Shown in pieces: positions 8,471-16,397 of a stretch of DNA of 64,000 nt. The stretch covers positions 758,862 to 822,861 of the forward strand of contig CAWICD010000001.1 in NCBI GenBank assembly GCA_963834485.1. Direction: 5' to 3'. The notes under the pieces were generated by a model that was not told the origin of the DNA, made no database searches, and saw nothing but the letters and a program-made list of their open reading frames with translations. A program made the translations under genes and the position numbers. Positions within the stretch are counted from its first letter, which is position 1. Each line of letters starts with the position of its first letter. The stretch comes from Vulcanimicrobiota bacterium (lineage in GTDB: Bacteria > Vulcanimicrobiota > Vulcanimicrobiia > Vulcanimicrobiales > Vulcanimicrobiaceae).

Positions 8471-9064
8471 ATGAGCGCCTTCGACGACGAGTTCGGCCTC
8501 TTCGGCGATGAAGCCGGCGAAGAGGAAGAGCGGCGCTCGACCCTCGGCGCGCGCCGCATCGCGAGCGGCGAAACGATCATCGACGACATCGAGCCCGAGG
8601 ACGAGCCCGCGCCGCGCCGGCGCCGCGGCCGCCCCGAGCCGTCGGAAAAGCCTCCGGCAGCCGCCGGGGAGCCGTCCGGCGAGCGCCGCTTTTACCGGCG
8701 CACGCCGCTCAAGCGCGACCCGCTGCCCGACGAGATCGCGCACCCGCGCGCGGTCGAGCTGTTGACGTTTCTGGCGAAGAAGCTGGTCTCGAGTCCCGAC
8801 GCCGTCAAGGTTGCCTTGCATCGCGATGCGAAGGGGGCAGTCCTCGAGCTCGAGGTCGATCCCGACGATCTCGGCAAGGTGATCGGCCGCGGCGGCCGCG
8901 TCGCGCAAGCGCTGCGGACCCTCGTCCGCGCCGGCGCGGAGGGCCGCGTCACGGTCGACATCGTCGATGCCGAGGAAGACGAGGACGACGAAGAACTCGA
9001 AGCTGCGGCGCAGGTTGAGCCCGAGGCCGGACCGGCGGCGGCGGCCGACGAGCACGACGCCTAG
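8471..9064 (+). CDS. KH-domain RNA-binding protein (YlqC/UPF0109-like) with charged N- and C-terminal extensions
   Basis: LGKVIGRGGRVAQALRTLV (GxxG KH motif). Occupies the conserved position between rpsP and rimM. Starts 4 nt after the rpsP stop. Confidence 0.8.
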   Translation: MSAFDDEFGLFGDEAGEEEERRSTLGARRIASGETIIDDIEPEDEPAPRRRRGRPEPSEKPPAAAGEPSGERRFYRRTPLKRDPLPDEIAHPRAVELLTFLAKKLVSSPDAVKVALHRDAKGAVLELEVDPDDLGKVIGRGGRVAQALRTLVRAGAEGRVTVDIVDAEEDEDDEELEAAAQVEPEAGPAAAADEHDA

Positions 9065-9088
9065 CCGCCGCTCGAAGGATTTGCGAGC

Positions 9089-9580
9089 GTGAGCCGCGTC
9101 GCGGTCGGGACGCTCGTGGGGATATTCGGTGTGCACGGCGAGCTGCGCTGCCGGCCGGGCTCGTTCGGCGACGGCGCGCTCGCGACCGGTCGAAGCTACG
9201 CGCTCGCGCCGCAGGGCGAGGCGCGGCGTCTGCGCTGCGCCGGCGTGCGGCGCCACCACGACCGCTTGCTGCTTTCCTTCGACGGCGTCAGCACCCCCGA
9301 GGCGGCCCGCGAGCTCGTCGGGGGCGAGTTGTTCGCCGAGCGCGACGACGTCGAGCTCGGCCGCGACGAATATTTTGACGCGGACCTCATCGGGCTGCGG
9401 CTGCTCGACGAAGCGGGAAAGGAGCTCGGCCGGGTCGTCGGCGTCGAGCACTACCCCGCGCAGGATTGTCTGGTCGTCGAACCGGGGCGGGCGCTCGTTC
9501 CGCTGGTGAAGAGTTTCGTGCGCGCCATCGACCTCGAGGCGCGAACGGTCGTCATGGCGCTCCCCGAAGGCTTGCTCTAG
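9089..9580 (+). CDS. rimM: 16S rRNA processing protein RimM
   Basis: GTG start. VAVGTLVGIFGVHGELR... matches the RimM N-terminus, with a PRC-barrel-like C-terminus and conserved synteny. Confidence 0.85.
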   Translation: MSRVAVGTLVGIFGVHGELRCRPGSFGDGALATGRSYALAPQGEARRLRCAGVRRHHDRLLLSFDGVSTPEAARELVGGELFAERDDVELGRDEYFDADLIGLRLLDEAGKELGRVVGVEHYPAQDCLVVEPGRALVPLVKSFVRAIDLEARTVVMALPEGLL

Positions 9581-9587
9581 GCGAAAG

Positions 9588-10247
9588 TCACCGCGCCGGC
9601 GCGCTCGCGGCCGGCGAAGGCGATCCCGCAGCCGGCGGGGGCGATCCCGAGGCCGGGAGCGAGGCCGCGGCCGCGGCAGCGGCCGAAGGCGAGGGCGACG
9701 GTTTGGCGTGCGAGCGCCGGCGGAGGACCTTGCCGACGTCGTTGCCGAGCGGCGTCGGGGTGGCGGTCGGCCGCGGCGCCCCGAGCCCCGCGAGCCCGCG
9801 CGTGGCGTGCGCCAGGATGACGTCGTGCAGCGTCTCGGCTTCGCTCGCGGCGTCGGCGTAGGTCGTGGCCAGCGTCGTCGCGCTATAGACGACGGTTCCG
9901 CTGGCCGTGCTCACCAGCTGCGTGACGATCGAGACCTCCCTGCCGCCGATCGGCGTCGTGAAGCCCGACACGTAGTAGTCCGCTCCCATGGCCAGCGACG
10001 CGGCGAGATACTGCGGACGATCGGTCCCCGGCGTGTACGGCTTGACCACGATGCCGCCGAGTTGCATCAGCCTCGTCGAGAAGAGGATCGCGATGTTCGA
10101 GCCGGCCTCGGAGTCGGCGTTCTCGCTCACCGTAAACGGGTACACGACGACCACGGGGGCGGGAAAGGCGCTTTGCGCTCCGAGCAGCGGGATCGAGACG
10201 GCGATCAGAAACCCCAGCAAAAACAGTTGTCGAATTTCGCGTCTCAT
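9588..10247 (-). CDS. Hypothetical secreted protein with Pro/Ala/Ser-rich C-terminal tail
   Basis: Real part of ORF 9588..11147. ATG at 10247 overlaps the yihY stop (ATGA). Has a signal-peptide-like N-terminus: MRREIRQLFLLGFLIAVSIPLLGAQSA. Confidence 0.6.
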   Translation of the reverse strand: MRREIRQLFLLGFLIAVSIPLLGAQSAFPAPVVVVYPFTVSENADSEAGSNIAILFSTRLMQLGGIVVKPYTPGTDRPQYLAASLAMGADYYVSGFTTPIGGREVSIVTQLVSTASGTVVYSATTLATTYADAASEAETLHDVILAHATRGLAGLGAPRPTATPTPLGNDVGKVLRRRSHAKPSPSPSAAAAAAASLPASGSPPPAAGSPSPAASAPAR

Positions 10248-11080
10248 GCGCTTCGTCGGGTTTCGAGCGAGCCGCCCTTCTCCTGCGTGTGCTCGAGCCA
10301 TTGGGCGCTGAACTCCGCGCCGAATAAGAAAATATAACCCATGTAGTAGAACCAGAGGAGCAGGATCGCGACTGCTGCCAGGGCTCCGTAAACGTGGCGG
10401 AAGTCGACGTGCGTCGAGTAGACGGCGAAGGCGATCTGGGCCAGCTCGTAGGCGAGCGTCGTGACGATCGCGCCCGGGATGCCGAAGCCCAAGCGGACCT
10501 TTCGGTTCGGTAGAAAGTCGTAGAAGAGCGCGACCACCACGAAGACCAGCACGACCCCCGTTCCGTAGCCCGCGATTTGAGTCAGCACGACGGCCTGACG
10601 GAAGGCGCCGGTTTCCACGACGAATGAGATCACCAGCGGGATCGCGGTCGCGAGCAGCAACAGCCCACCGAGAATGGGGAGGATGAAGATCGAGGTGAGG
10701 ATGTCCTTGAAAAGGGGGCGGCTCTGGGAAACGCCGAGCGCGCGATCGAGTGCGTAGGCGAGGCTTCGGAACAGATTCTTGCCGGACCACACGAGCGCGA
10801 CCAGGGCGATCGCTCCCGAGATGCCGCGGAAGGCGACGGCGTGGTGCAGGTTCTCGGTCAGGATCGGCTGGACGCTCGGTGCCAGCGTCCCGATCAACGC
10901 CAGCGCCCGAGCCTGCCCGTCGTCGGTCCCGTAGATGAAGCCCATCGCCGCGACGGTCAGGATGAGAATGGGAAAGACCGCGAAGAGCGCGTTGAAGGCG
11001 ATCGCCTGCGCAAAGAAGGCGCAGCCGTCTTGCGAAAACCGCAGGCCGGCGGCGCGGAAGACCTCGACTAGACGGCGCAC
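10244..11080 (-). CDS. YihY/BrkB (ribonuclease BN-like) family membrane protein
   Basis: Multi-pass membrane protein whose N-terminus (FSQDGCAFFAQAIAFNALFAVFPILIL) is typical of the YihY family. Confidence 0.8.
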   Translation of the reverse strand: MRRLVEVFRAAGLRFSQDGCAFFAQAIAFNALFAVFPILILTVAAMGFIYGTDDGQARALALIGTLAPSVQPILTENLHHAVAFRGISGAIALVALVWSGKNLFRSLAYALDRALGVSQSRPLFKDILTSIFILPILGGLLLLATAIPLVISFVVETGAFRQAVVLTQIAGYGTGVVLVFVVVALFYDFLPNRKVRLGFGIPGAIVTTLAYELAQIAFAVYSTHVDFRHVYGALAAVAILLLWFYYMGYIFLFGAEFSAQWLEHTQEKGGSLETRRSA

Positions 11081-11095
11081 GGGCAGTACGTACCC

Positions 11096-11617
11096 ATGAT
11101 CGTGGCCATGCTGGTTTCGGTCCTCGTCGACGGCAAGCTGATCGCATCCTCGCGCTCGGCGGAATTGACGGAAGGGGTGATTCGAGCGCCGCTCGATCCG
11201 TTCGTTCGGCGGATCGCCGAGCGAATCACGTCGGACGGCCGGTATATCACGCTGGTACGAGGGCGGAGGACGGTCACCATCGTCGTGGGATCGCGGCTCG
11301 TGCGCGCGGCCGGGACGTGCGGCGAGCTGCCCTTCGCGCCGTTTTCGCAGCGTGGAGAGCCGGTCGTGCCGCTCGCCGCCCTAGCGCGCGCGCTGGGAGC
11401 CGAAGCGGTCTACGACGGCCCCACGCGTACGCTCGTGGTCAGTTCCGCGCCGCAGCCGCTGGTGACCATGACGCCCTTCACCGTTTGGGTGGCGCCGGCC
11501 GGACCGCTGCCGACCTTCCCGCCGGTCGCCGCTCCCACGCCGCGTCCTACCGTCAGCGCACTTCCGCTGCCGCGGCGCACGCCCGTCGTCGTCGACGCCG
11601 AGCACCCGCCCAGCTAG
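11096..11617 (+). CDS. Hypothetical protein with copper-amine-oxidase N-terminal-like (stalk) domain
   Basis: GEPVVPLAALARALGAEAVYDGPTRTLVV resembles the Cu-amine-oxidase N-terminal repeat. Pro-rich tail. Function unknown. Confidence 0.5.
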   Translation: MIVAMLVSVLVDGKLIASSRSAELTEGVIRAPLDPFVRRIAERITSDGRYITLVRGRRTVTIVVGSRLVRAAGTCGELPFAPFSQRGEPVVPLAALARALGAEAVYDGPTRTLVVSSAPQPLVTMTPFTVWVAPAGPLPTFPPVAAPTPRPTVSALPLPRRTPVVVDAEHPPS

Positions 11618-11747
11618 GGCTGCCGGGACGAAGACTCGGCTGCCGTCCGAGGAGAGCGGCCGGCAACCGTGCGGTCGAATAATTGGACCGAACCACTTTT
11701 CCGCGAAGCCCGGCTCGGGGGAGGTATAACGGACGACGCTTGCAAAA

Positions 11748-13217
11748 GTGCCGGCCATCATGCCGAGCGGCCGGTTGGAAATCGAACACCTCGTTGCGCT
11801 GGTGCGCGCACGCAGCTCCGAGAGCGCAGGCGCGGGGCCGCTCTATCGCTCCGTCGCCCTGGCCCTGGCACGGGCGATCGACGACGGCCGGATCTCCCAC
11901 GGAACGCGGCTCCCCGCCGAGCGGCGCCTTGCGGACGCCCTGGCCTGCAGCCGGGCGACGATCGTAGCGGTCTATCGCCTGCTCGAAGCCGAGGGACGCG
12001 TCGTCTCCCGGCGCGGCAGCGGCACGTACGTCGTCCGCGACGGAGCCGGGAGGGCGCGGCGCATCGAACTCCCGGTCCCCGGCCCGGGGCGGGCGGCGAG
12101 CGGCGAGACGCTGGACCTCTCGAACGCCGGCGCTTTGGAGCTTCCGGCCGAGTTCGGCGCAACCGGCCTGGCGATCGACCTGACGCGAGCGGCCTCCCCG
12201 CGCAACGGCGGGGGCTACCAGCCGGGCGGGCTCGAGGCCTTGCGCGAAGCGCTCGCCGCGCGCTACCGCCGAGCCGGCCTGCCGACCAAGGCCGAGCAGA
12301 TCGTCGTCACCAGCGGTGCGCAGCAGTCGATCGTCCTGGCGGCGACGCTCGTCGAGGCGGGCGATGTCGTCATGCTGGAGAGCCCGTCCTACCGCGGCGC
12401 GATCGACGCGTTTCGCGAACGCCGAGTCCGCCTGGCCGCCCTCGAAGACGAGACGCTCGCCTCGCGCCGCTCCCTGGCGGCGGCCTGCCGGAACTTCGCG
12501 CCTCGCCTGCTGTACGTGACGCCGTCGTTCCGCAACCCGACCGGCACGTCGCTCGACGAAGTGGCCCGTTCCGGCCTGGCCGCGCTCGCCGACGCGGGGC
12601 AGACGTTGATCCTCGAGGACGACGCGCTCGCCGAACTCGTCTTCGAGGGGACGCCGCAGGCTTCGATCGCGCTGCGCGCGTCGGGCGACGGCGTCCTCTC
12701 CGCCGGCTCGTTCAACAAGCTCTATTGGCCCGGCTTGCGGGTCGGCTGGCTGCGCGCCGGGCGCCGCGTGGCCGCAATCCTGGAGCAGCGCAAGGCCGTC
12801 GCAGATCTGGGCACCTCGCAACTCTCGCAGCTCGTCGCGCTAGCCCTGCTCGAGCGTCACGACGAGTGGAGCCGCCTGCGCAGCGCGCAACTGCGCGGAC
12901 GGCGCGACGCGCTGTGCGCTGCGCTGGCCGCGGCCCTTCCCAGCTGGTCGTTCGTCCCCCCGCAGGGCGGAGCGTACCTGTGGGTGCGTCTGCCGCACGG
13001 CGATGCGCGCTCGTACGTCCCCTTCGCCGCGCGGGTCGGCGTGCGGCTCGTCGCCGGCGCGACGGCGTCGCTCGACGAGCGTCACGCGAGCTACCTGCGC
13101 CTGCCGCTGGCGATCGCCGACGCGGCGCTCGCCCGCCTCATTCCCGCGCTCGCGGCCGCCTGGCAAACCTACGAAGCCGCGGCCCCGCATCTCGAGCGCC
13201 CTGCGACGATCGTTTAG
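11748..13217 (+). CDS. MocR/PdxR-type GntR-family regulator with aminotransferase-like domain
   Basis: N-terminal GntR wHTH (RLPAERRLADALACSRATIVAVYRLLEAEGRVVSRRGSGTYV) plus a class-I aminotransferase-like domain of about 350 aa. Confidence 0.85.
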   Translation: MPAIMPSGRLEIEHLVALVRARSSESAGAGPLYRSVALALARAIDDGRISHGTRLPAERRLADALACSRATIVAVYRLLEAEGRVVSRRGSGTYVVRDGAGRARRIELPVPGPGRAASGETLDLSNAGALELPAEFGATGLAIDLTRAASPRNGGGYQPGGLEALREALAARYRRAGLPTKAEQIVVTSGAQQSIVLAATLVEAGDVVMLESPSYRGAIDAFRERRVRLAALEDETLASRRSLAAACRNFAPRLLYVTPSFRNPTGTSLDEVARSGLAALADAGQTLILEDDALAELVFEGTPQASIALRASGDGVLSAGSFNKLYWPGLRVGWLRAGRRVAAILEQRKAVADLGTSQLSQLVALALLERHDEWSRLRSAQLRGRRDALCAALAAALPSWSFVPPQGGAYLWVRLPHGDARSYVPFAARVGVRLVAGATASLDERHASYLRLPLAIADAALARLIPALAAAWQTYEAAAPHLERPATIV

Positions 13218-13227
13218 CGCCCTCGTC

Positions 13228-13887
13228 TCAGGCGGCGAGCTGCATGCTGGGGACCGCCGAAGGCACGATCAGCCGGGCCTCGGTGTGGGCCAGCACCTCG
13301 CCGAGACTCACGCCCGGGGCAAGCTCGCGCAGCACCAAACCTTCCTCGACGGGCTCGATCACGGCCAGTTCGGTGATCACCAAGTCGACCCGCCGCAACG
13401 ATGTCAGGGGGTAGGTGCAGCGCCTGACGAGCCGGGGCTGGCCTTCCGGCGTCGTATGCGCCATGGCGACGATCACGCGCTTCGCGCCGGTGACGATGTC
13501 CATCGCGCCGCCCATGCCCGCGACCATCTTGCCGGGGACGAGCCAGTTGGCGAGCCGGCCGAGCTCGTCGACTTGCAAGCCTCCGAGGACGCTGAGATCG
13601 AGATGGCCGCCGCGGATCAATCCGAAGGAAAGGCTCGCGTCGAGCGTGCATGCGCCGGGGATCGCGCCGATCGCGCCGCCGCCGGCGTCGGTGAGGAATT
13701 CGTCTTCCATCCCCTGCTCGGGGACCGGCTCCATGCCGATGAGGCCGTTCTCGGACTGGAAATAGACTTCGACGCCCTCGGGGAGAAAGCGCGGAACGAG
13801 CGTCGGCAAGCCGATGCCCACGTTGACGAGCGTGCCGTGGCGCAGCTCGAGTGCGGCGCGCCGCGCGATCAGCTCGCGTGTTTCCAT
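13228..13887 (-). CDS. 3-oxoacid CoA-transferase subunit B
   Basis: ScoB/AtoA-like, including the LVNVGIGLP and SENG (active-site Glu) motifs. Confidence 0.9.
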   Translation of the reverse strand: METRELIARRAALELRHGTLVNVGIGLPTLVPRFLPEGVEVYFQSENGLIGMEPVPEQGMEDEFLTDAGGGAIGAIPGACTLDASLSFGLIRGGHLDLSVLGGLQVDELGRLANWLVPGKMVAGMGGAMDIVTGAKRVIVAMAHTTPEGQPRLVRRCTYPLTSLRRVDLVITELAVIEPVEEGLVLRELAPGVSLGEVLAHTEARLIVPSAVPSMQLAA

Positions 13888-14543
13888 GAGGGTGCTTCCA
13901 TTTCGATCAGGTAGTCGACGAGTACGTGCGGGGTGATGACGTTGTCGGGAGTGATCATGCCGACCGGCACGATCTCCGTCGCCTCGGCGATGACGGTGTC
14001 GGCCGCCATCGCCATCAGGGGATTGACGTTGCGCGCGGTCAGCGTGTAATCGAGGTTCCCCCGATAGTCGGCGCGCTTGGCTTGAATCAGCGCGAACTCG
14101 GCGCGCAGCGGTTTTTCGAGGAGGAACGGCGTGCCGTCGACTTCGACGACCGGCTTGCCCGCGGCGGCCTCGGTGCCGAGGCCCGTCGCCGTCAGCACGC
14201 CGCCCAGCCCGTATCCTCCGGCGCGAACGCGTTCGACGAAGGTCCCCATCGGGACGAGCTCGACCTCCAGCTCCCCGGCGAGCATCTGGCGCTGCGTCTC
14301 GGGGTTCGTCCCGATGTGGGTCGTGATGACTTTGCGGGCGAGCCGCCGCTCGATCAGCAGGCTCACGCCGATCCCCGGCCGGGCGGTGTCGTTGACGATC
14401 AGGGTCAGGTTGCGACGCCCCAGCGCTGCGAGCGCGGCGATCATCCGGTGGGGCGCCCCGACGCCGATGAAGCCGCCGATCATCACGGTCGCCCCGTCGG
14501 GGATCATCGAAACGGCGTTCTGCAGATGTATGGATTTTTTCAC
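13869..14543 (-). CDS. 3-oxoacid CoA-transferase subunit A
   Basis: ScoA/AtoD-like (DGATVMIGGF.., ...GGLGG..). Overlaps subunit B by 19 nt. Confidence 0.9.
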   Translation of the reverse strand: MKKSIHLQNAVSMIPDGATVMIGGFIGVGAPHRMIAALAALGRRNLTLIVNDTARPGIGVSLLIERRLARKVITTHIGTNPETQRQMLAGELEVELVPMGTFVERVRAGGYGLGGVLTATGLGTEAAAGKPVVEVDGTPFLLEKPLRAEFALIQAKRADYRGNLDYTLTARNVNPLMAMAADTVIAEATEIVPVGMITPDNVITPHVLVDYLIEMEAPSWKHAS

Positions 14544-14707
14544 GACCGGGAAGACCCGTTTGTCCGGCCGTTCGCCTGCCCCTCCCGCCCTAGCGTGGGA
14601 AGAAGGCTCATACGCCGCCGGCGGGCCGGTGGCGCGTCAAGACTGTGGCCGGTCTCCTCGTTTCAAGGTATCGGTCGAACTGCTGCCGCTCGGCACGTCT
14701 GCGAATC

Positions 14708-16282
14708 TCACGAGGATGCGAGGGCGGCCAGGACCTTGGCACCGTTGGGGCTGCCGAGCCCCGTGCAGGCGTCCCAGCCGGGACCGGCAGCATAAGCCCC
14801 GTTGTTGCCCGCCGTGATGTCGTGAAACGGGCCTTCCCCTTGCGCGTAGAGGAACGAGTTGAGAAATCCGACCGGCTTCCCCAGCGCCTGGTTGAGCAGC
14901 GCGACTAAGGCGGCCCACAGCGGCGCCACCGCGCTCGTTCCGCCGAAGACGGTGCTCTGTCCGTCGACCAGGACCTGGTAGCCGGTCTCGGGCGACGCGT
15001 CCCCCGCGACATCCGGCACGCCCCGGCCGATTCTCCCGCCCGGGTTGACCGAGGGCGGCACGCCGGCATTCTGCTGCCATGCAGGCAGCGCGAACACGTC
15101 GCTGATGCCGCCGCCGGTCGCCCCGCCCGAGCTTCCGTCGTTCCACGTCGTCTCGCTTGCGATCGTCGTCCCGCTCGCGGTCAGGGCCGTTCCGCCGCAA
15201 GCCAGCACGTGCGGACTCGAGGCGGGGAAGTCGACGTGCGCCAGCCCGTCGGTGACGCCGTCGCTCGATCCGTTGTCGCCGGCCGCGACGGTGACGGTGA
15301 TGCCGAGCGCCGCTGCGTCGGCAAAGGCCGTGTCGAAGTTCGTCATCGCCTGGGCGGTCCACGTCGACTCCGGGCCGCCCCAACTGATCGAGATCGCGTT
15401 CGGCTTGTTCGTCGTATCGTGGATCGCCGTGGTGATGGCGTCGAGGAAACCCTGGTCGGTGTTCGGCGCGAAGTAGACCACGATGTGGGCGCCCGGCGCG
15501 ATCGAGCCCGCGACCTCGATGTCGAGCAGCACCTCGCCGTCGGCGCTGTCGGGGCTGCCGGCCGGCGCGTTCTTCGCGCCGTCGACGCCGACGGCCGTGA
15601 CTTTCGGCGCGGTGATGCCGAGCCGCGCGAAATACGTGGTGACGTCCTTGTGCTTGTAGCCGCCGCCGAGCTCGATCAGAGCGATCGCTTGGCCCGCTCC
15701 GTCGAGGCCCGCGGGATAGTCGTAGGCCTGCGCGACTTGCGGAGGCGTGTAGGAGAGCGCGGCCGCCGCCGACGGCCGGAATTGCGTCCGCGCCTGGGGA
15801 CGCTCGTCGAGTCCGAACACGCCGGTGACGACGCCCTCGAGCCCGCTCGGGAGCGTCAGCGTCCCCGTCCGCCCGCGAAAGGTCGCGTCGCCCGAGCGAA
15901 AGAGGACGAGCTCCGCGCCGAACGCAGCGCCCAGCGCGGCGACCGTCCCTTCGAGCACGACGCTGCGGCGAGGCAGACTCGTCTCCACGACGAGCAGCCC
16001 GGCGTCGAGCGCGAAGCGCTGGACCGCGGCGGCGTCGGCAGGGTCGGCGCCGCAGTCGGCCGCGAACTCCTCGCGCGTCATATAGCGGCGCTCGGACGGC
16101 GGAACGCCGGCCAGCGCTTGCGCCGCATCCTGCGACGACGACTTGCGCGAGCGGAGGACGACCGTCACGCTGGTGCGTTCGCTCGGGTCGGGGGCACCCG
16201 CGGCGACGGCGTTCGCCGGTACGTCGCGTTCGCTCCCGATCAGGGCGAAGCGTCCGGCCGGGACGTTCGAAGAAGTACTCAC
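14708..16282 (-). CDS. S53 (sedolisin/kumamolisin-like) serine peptidase with pro-domain
   Basis: N-terminal pro-kumamolisin-type activation domain and a C-terminal GGTSAVAPLWAALVALLNQ catalytic-Ser motif. Confidence 0.85.
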   Translation of the reverse strand: MSTSSNVPAGRFALIGSERDVPANAVAAGAPDPSERTSVTVVLRSRKSSSQDAAQALAGVPPSERRYMTREEFAADCGADPADAAAVQRFALDAGLLVVETSLPRRSVVLEGTVAALGAAFGAELVLFRSGDATFRGRTGTLTLPSGLEGVVTGVFGLDERPQARTQFRPSAAAALSYTPPQVAQAYDYPAGLDGAGQAIALIELGGGYKHKDVTTYFARLGITAPKVTAVGVDGAKNAPAGSPDSADGEVLLDIEVAGSIAPGAHIVVYFAPNTDQGFLDAITTAIHDTTNKPNAISISWGGPESTWTAQAMTNFDTAFADAAALGITVTVAAGDNGSSDGVTDGLAHVDFPASSPHVLACGGTALTASGTTIASETTWNDGSSGGATGGGISDVFALPAWQQNAGVPPSVNPGGRIGRGVPDVAGDASPETGYQVLVDGQSTVFGGTSAVAPLWAALVALLNQALGKPVGFLNSFLYAQGEGPFHDITAGNNGAYAAGPGWDACTGLGSPNGAKVLAALASS

Positions 16283-16339
16283 GCGGCCGGGCTTTCCAGC
16301 AGAGGCCTCGCTATTCCGGCTCCCCGGCGCGGGCCGCGC

Positions 16340-16376
16340 AAAAGAAGAAGGACGGCGCTGCGGGACGCCGCCCTTC
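16340..16376 (-). terminator. Rho-independent terminator after the PFOR/Nfn-like operon
   Basis: Minus strand reads AAGGGCGGCG-TCCCGCAG-CGCCGTCCTT followed by CTTCTTTTG, beginning about 20 nt after the stop at 16398. Confidence 0.55.
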
Positions 16377-16397
16377 TCGGCTCAGGCCATCAGCCGT

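Noticed and set aside
9588-11147. 519-aa ORF spanning the yihY region.
   Set aside because: Only the 3' 660 nt (9588..10247) looks real, with a signal peptide and an ATGA overlap with the yihY stop. The upstream part is an out-of-frame overlap of the clearly recognisable YihY membrane protein.
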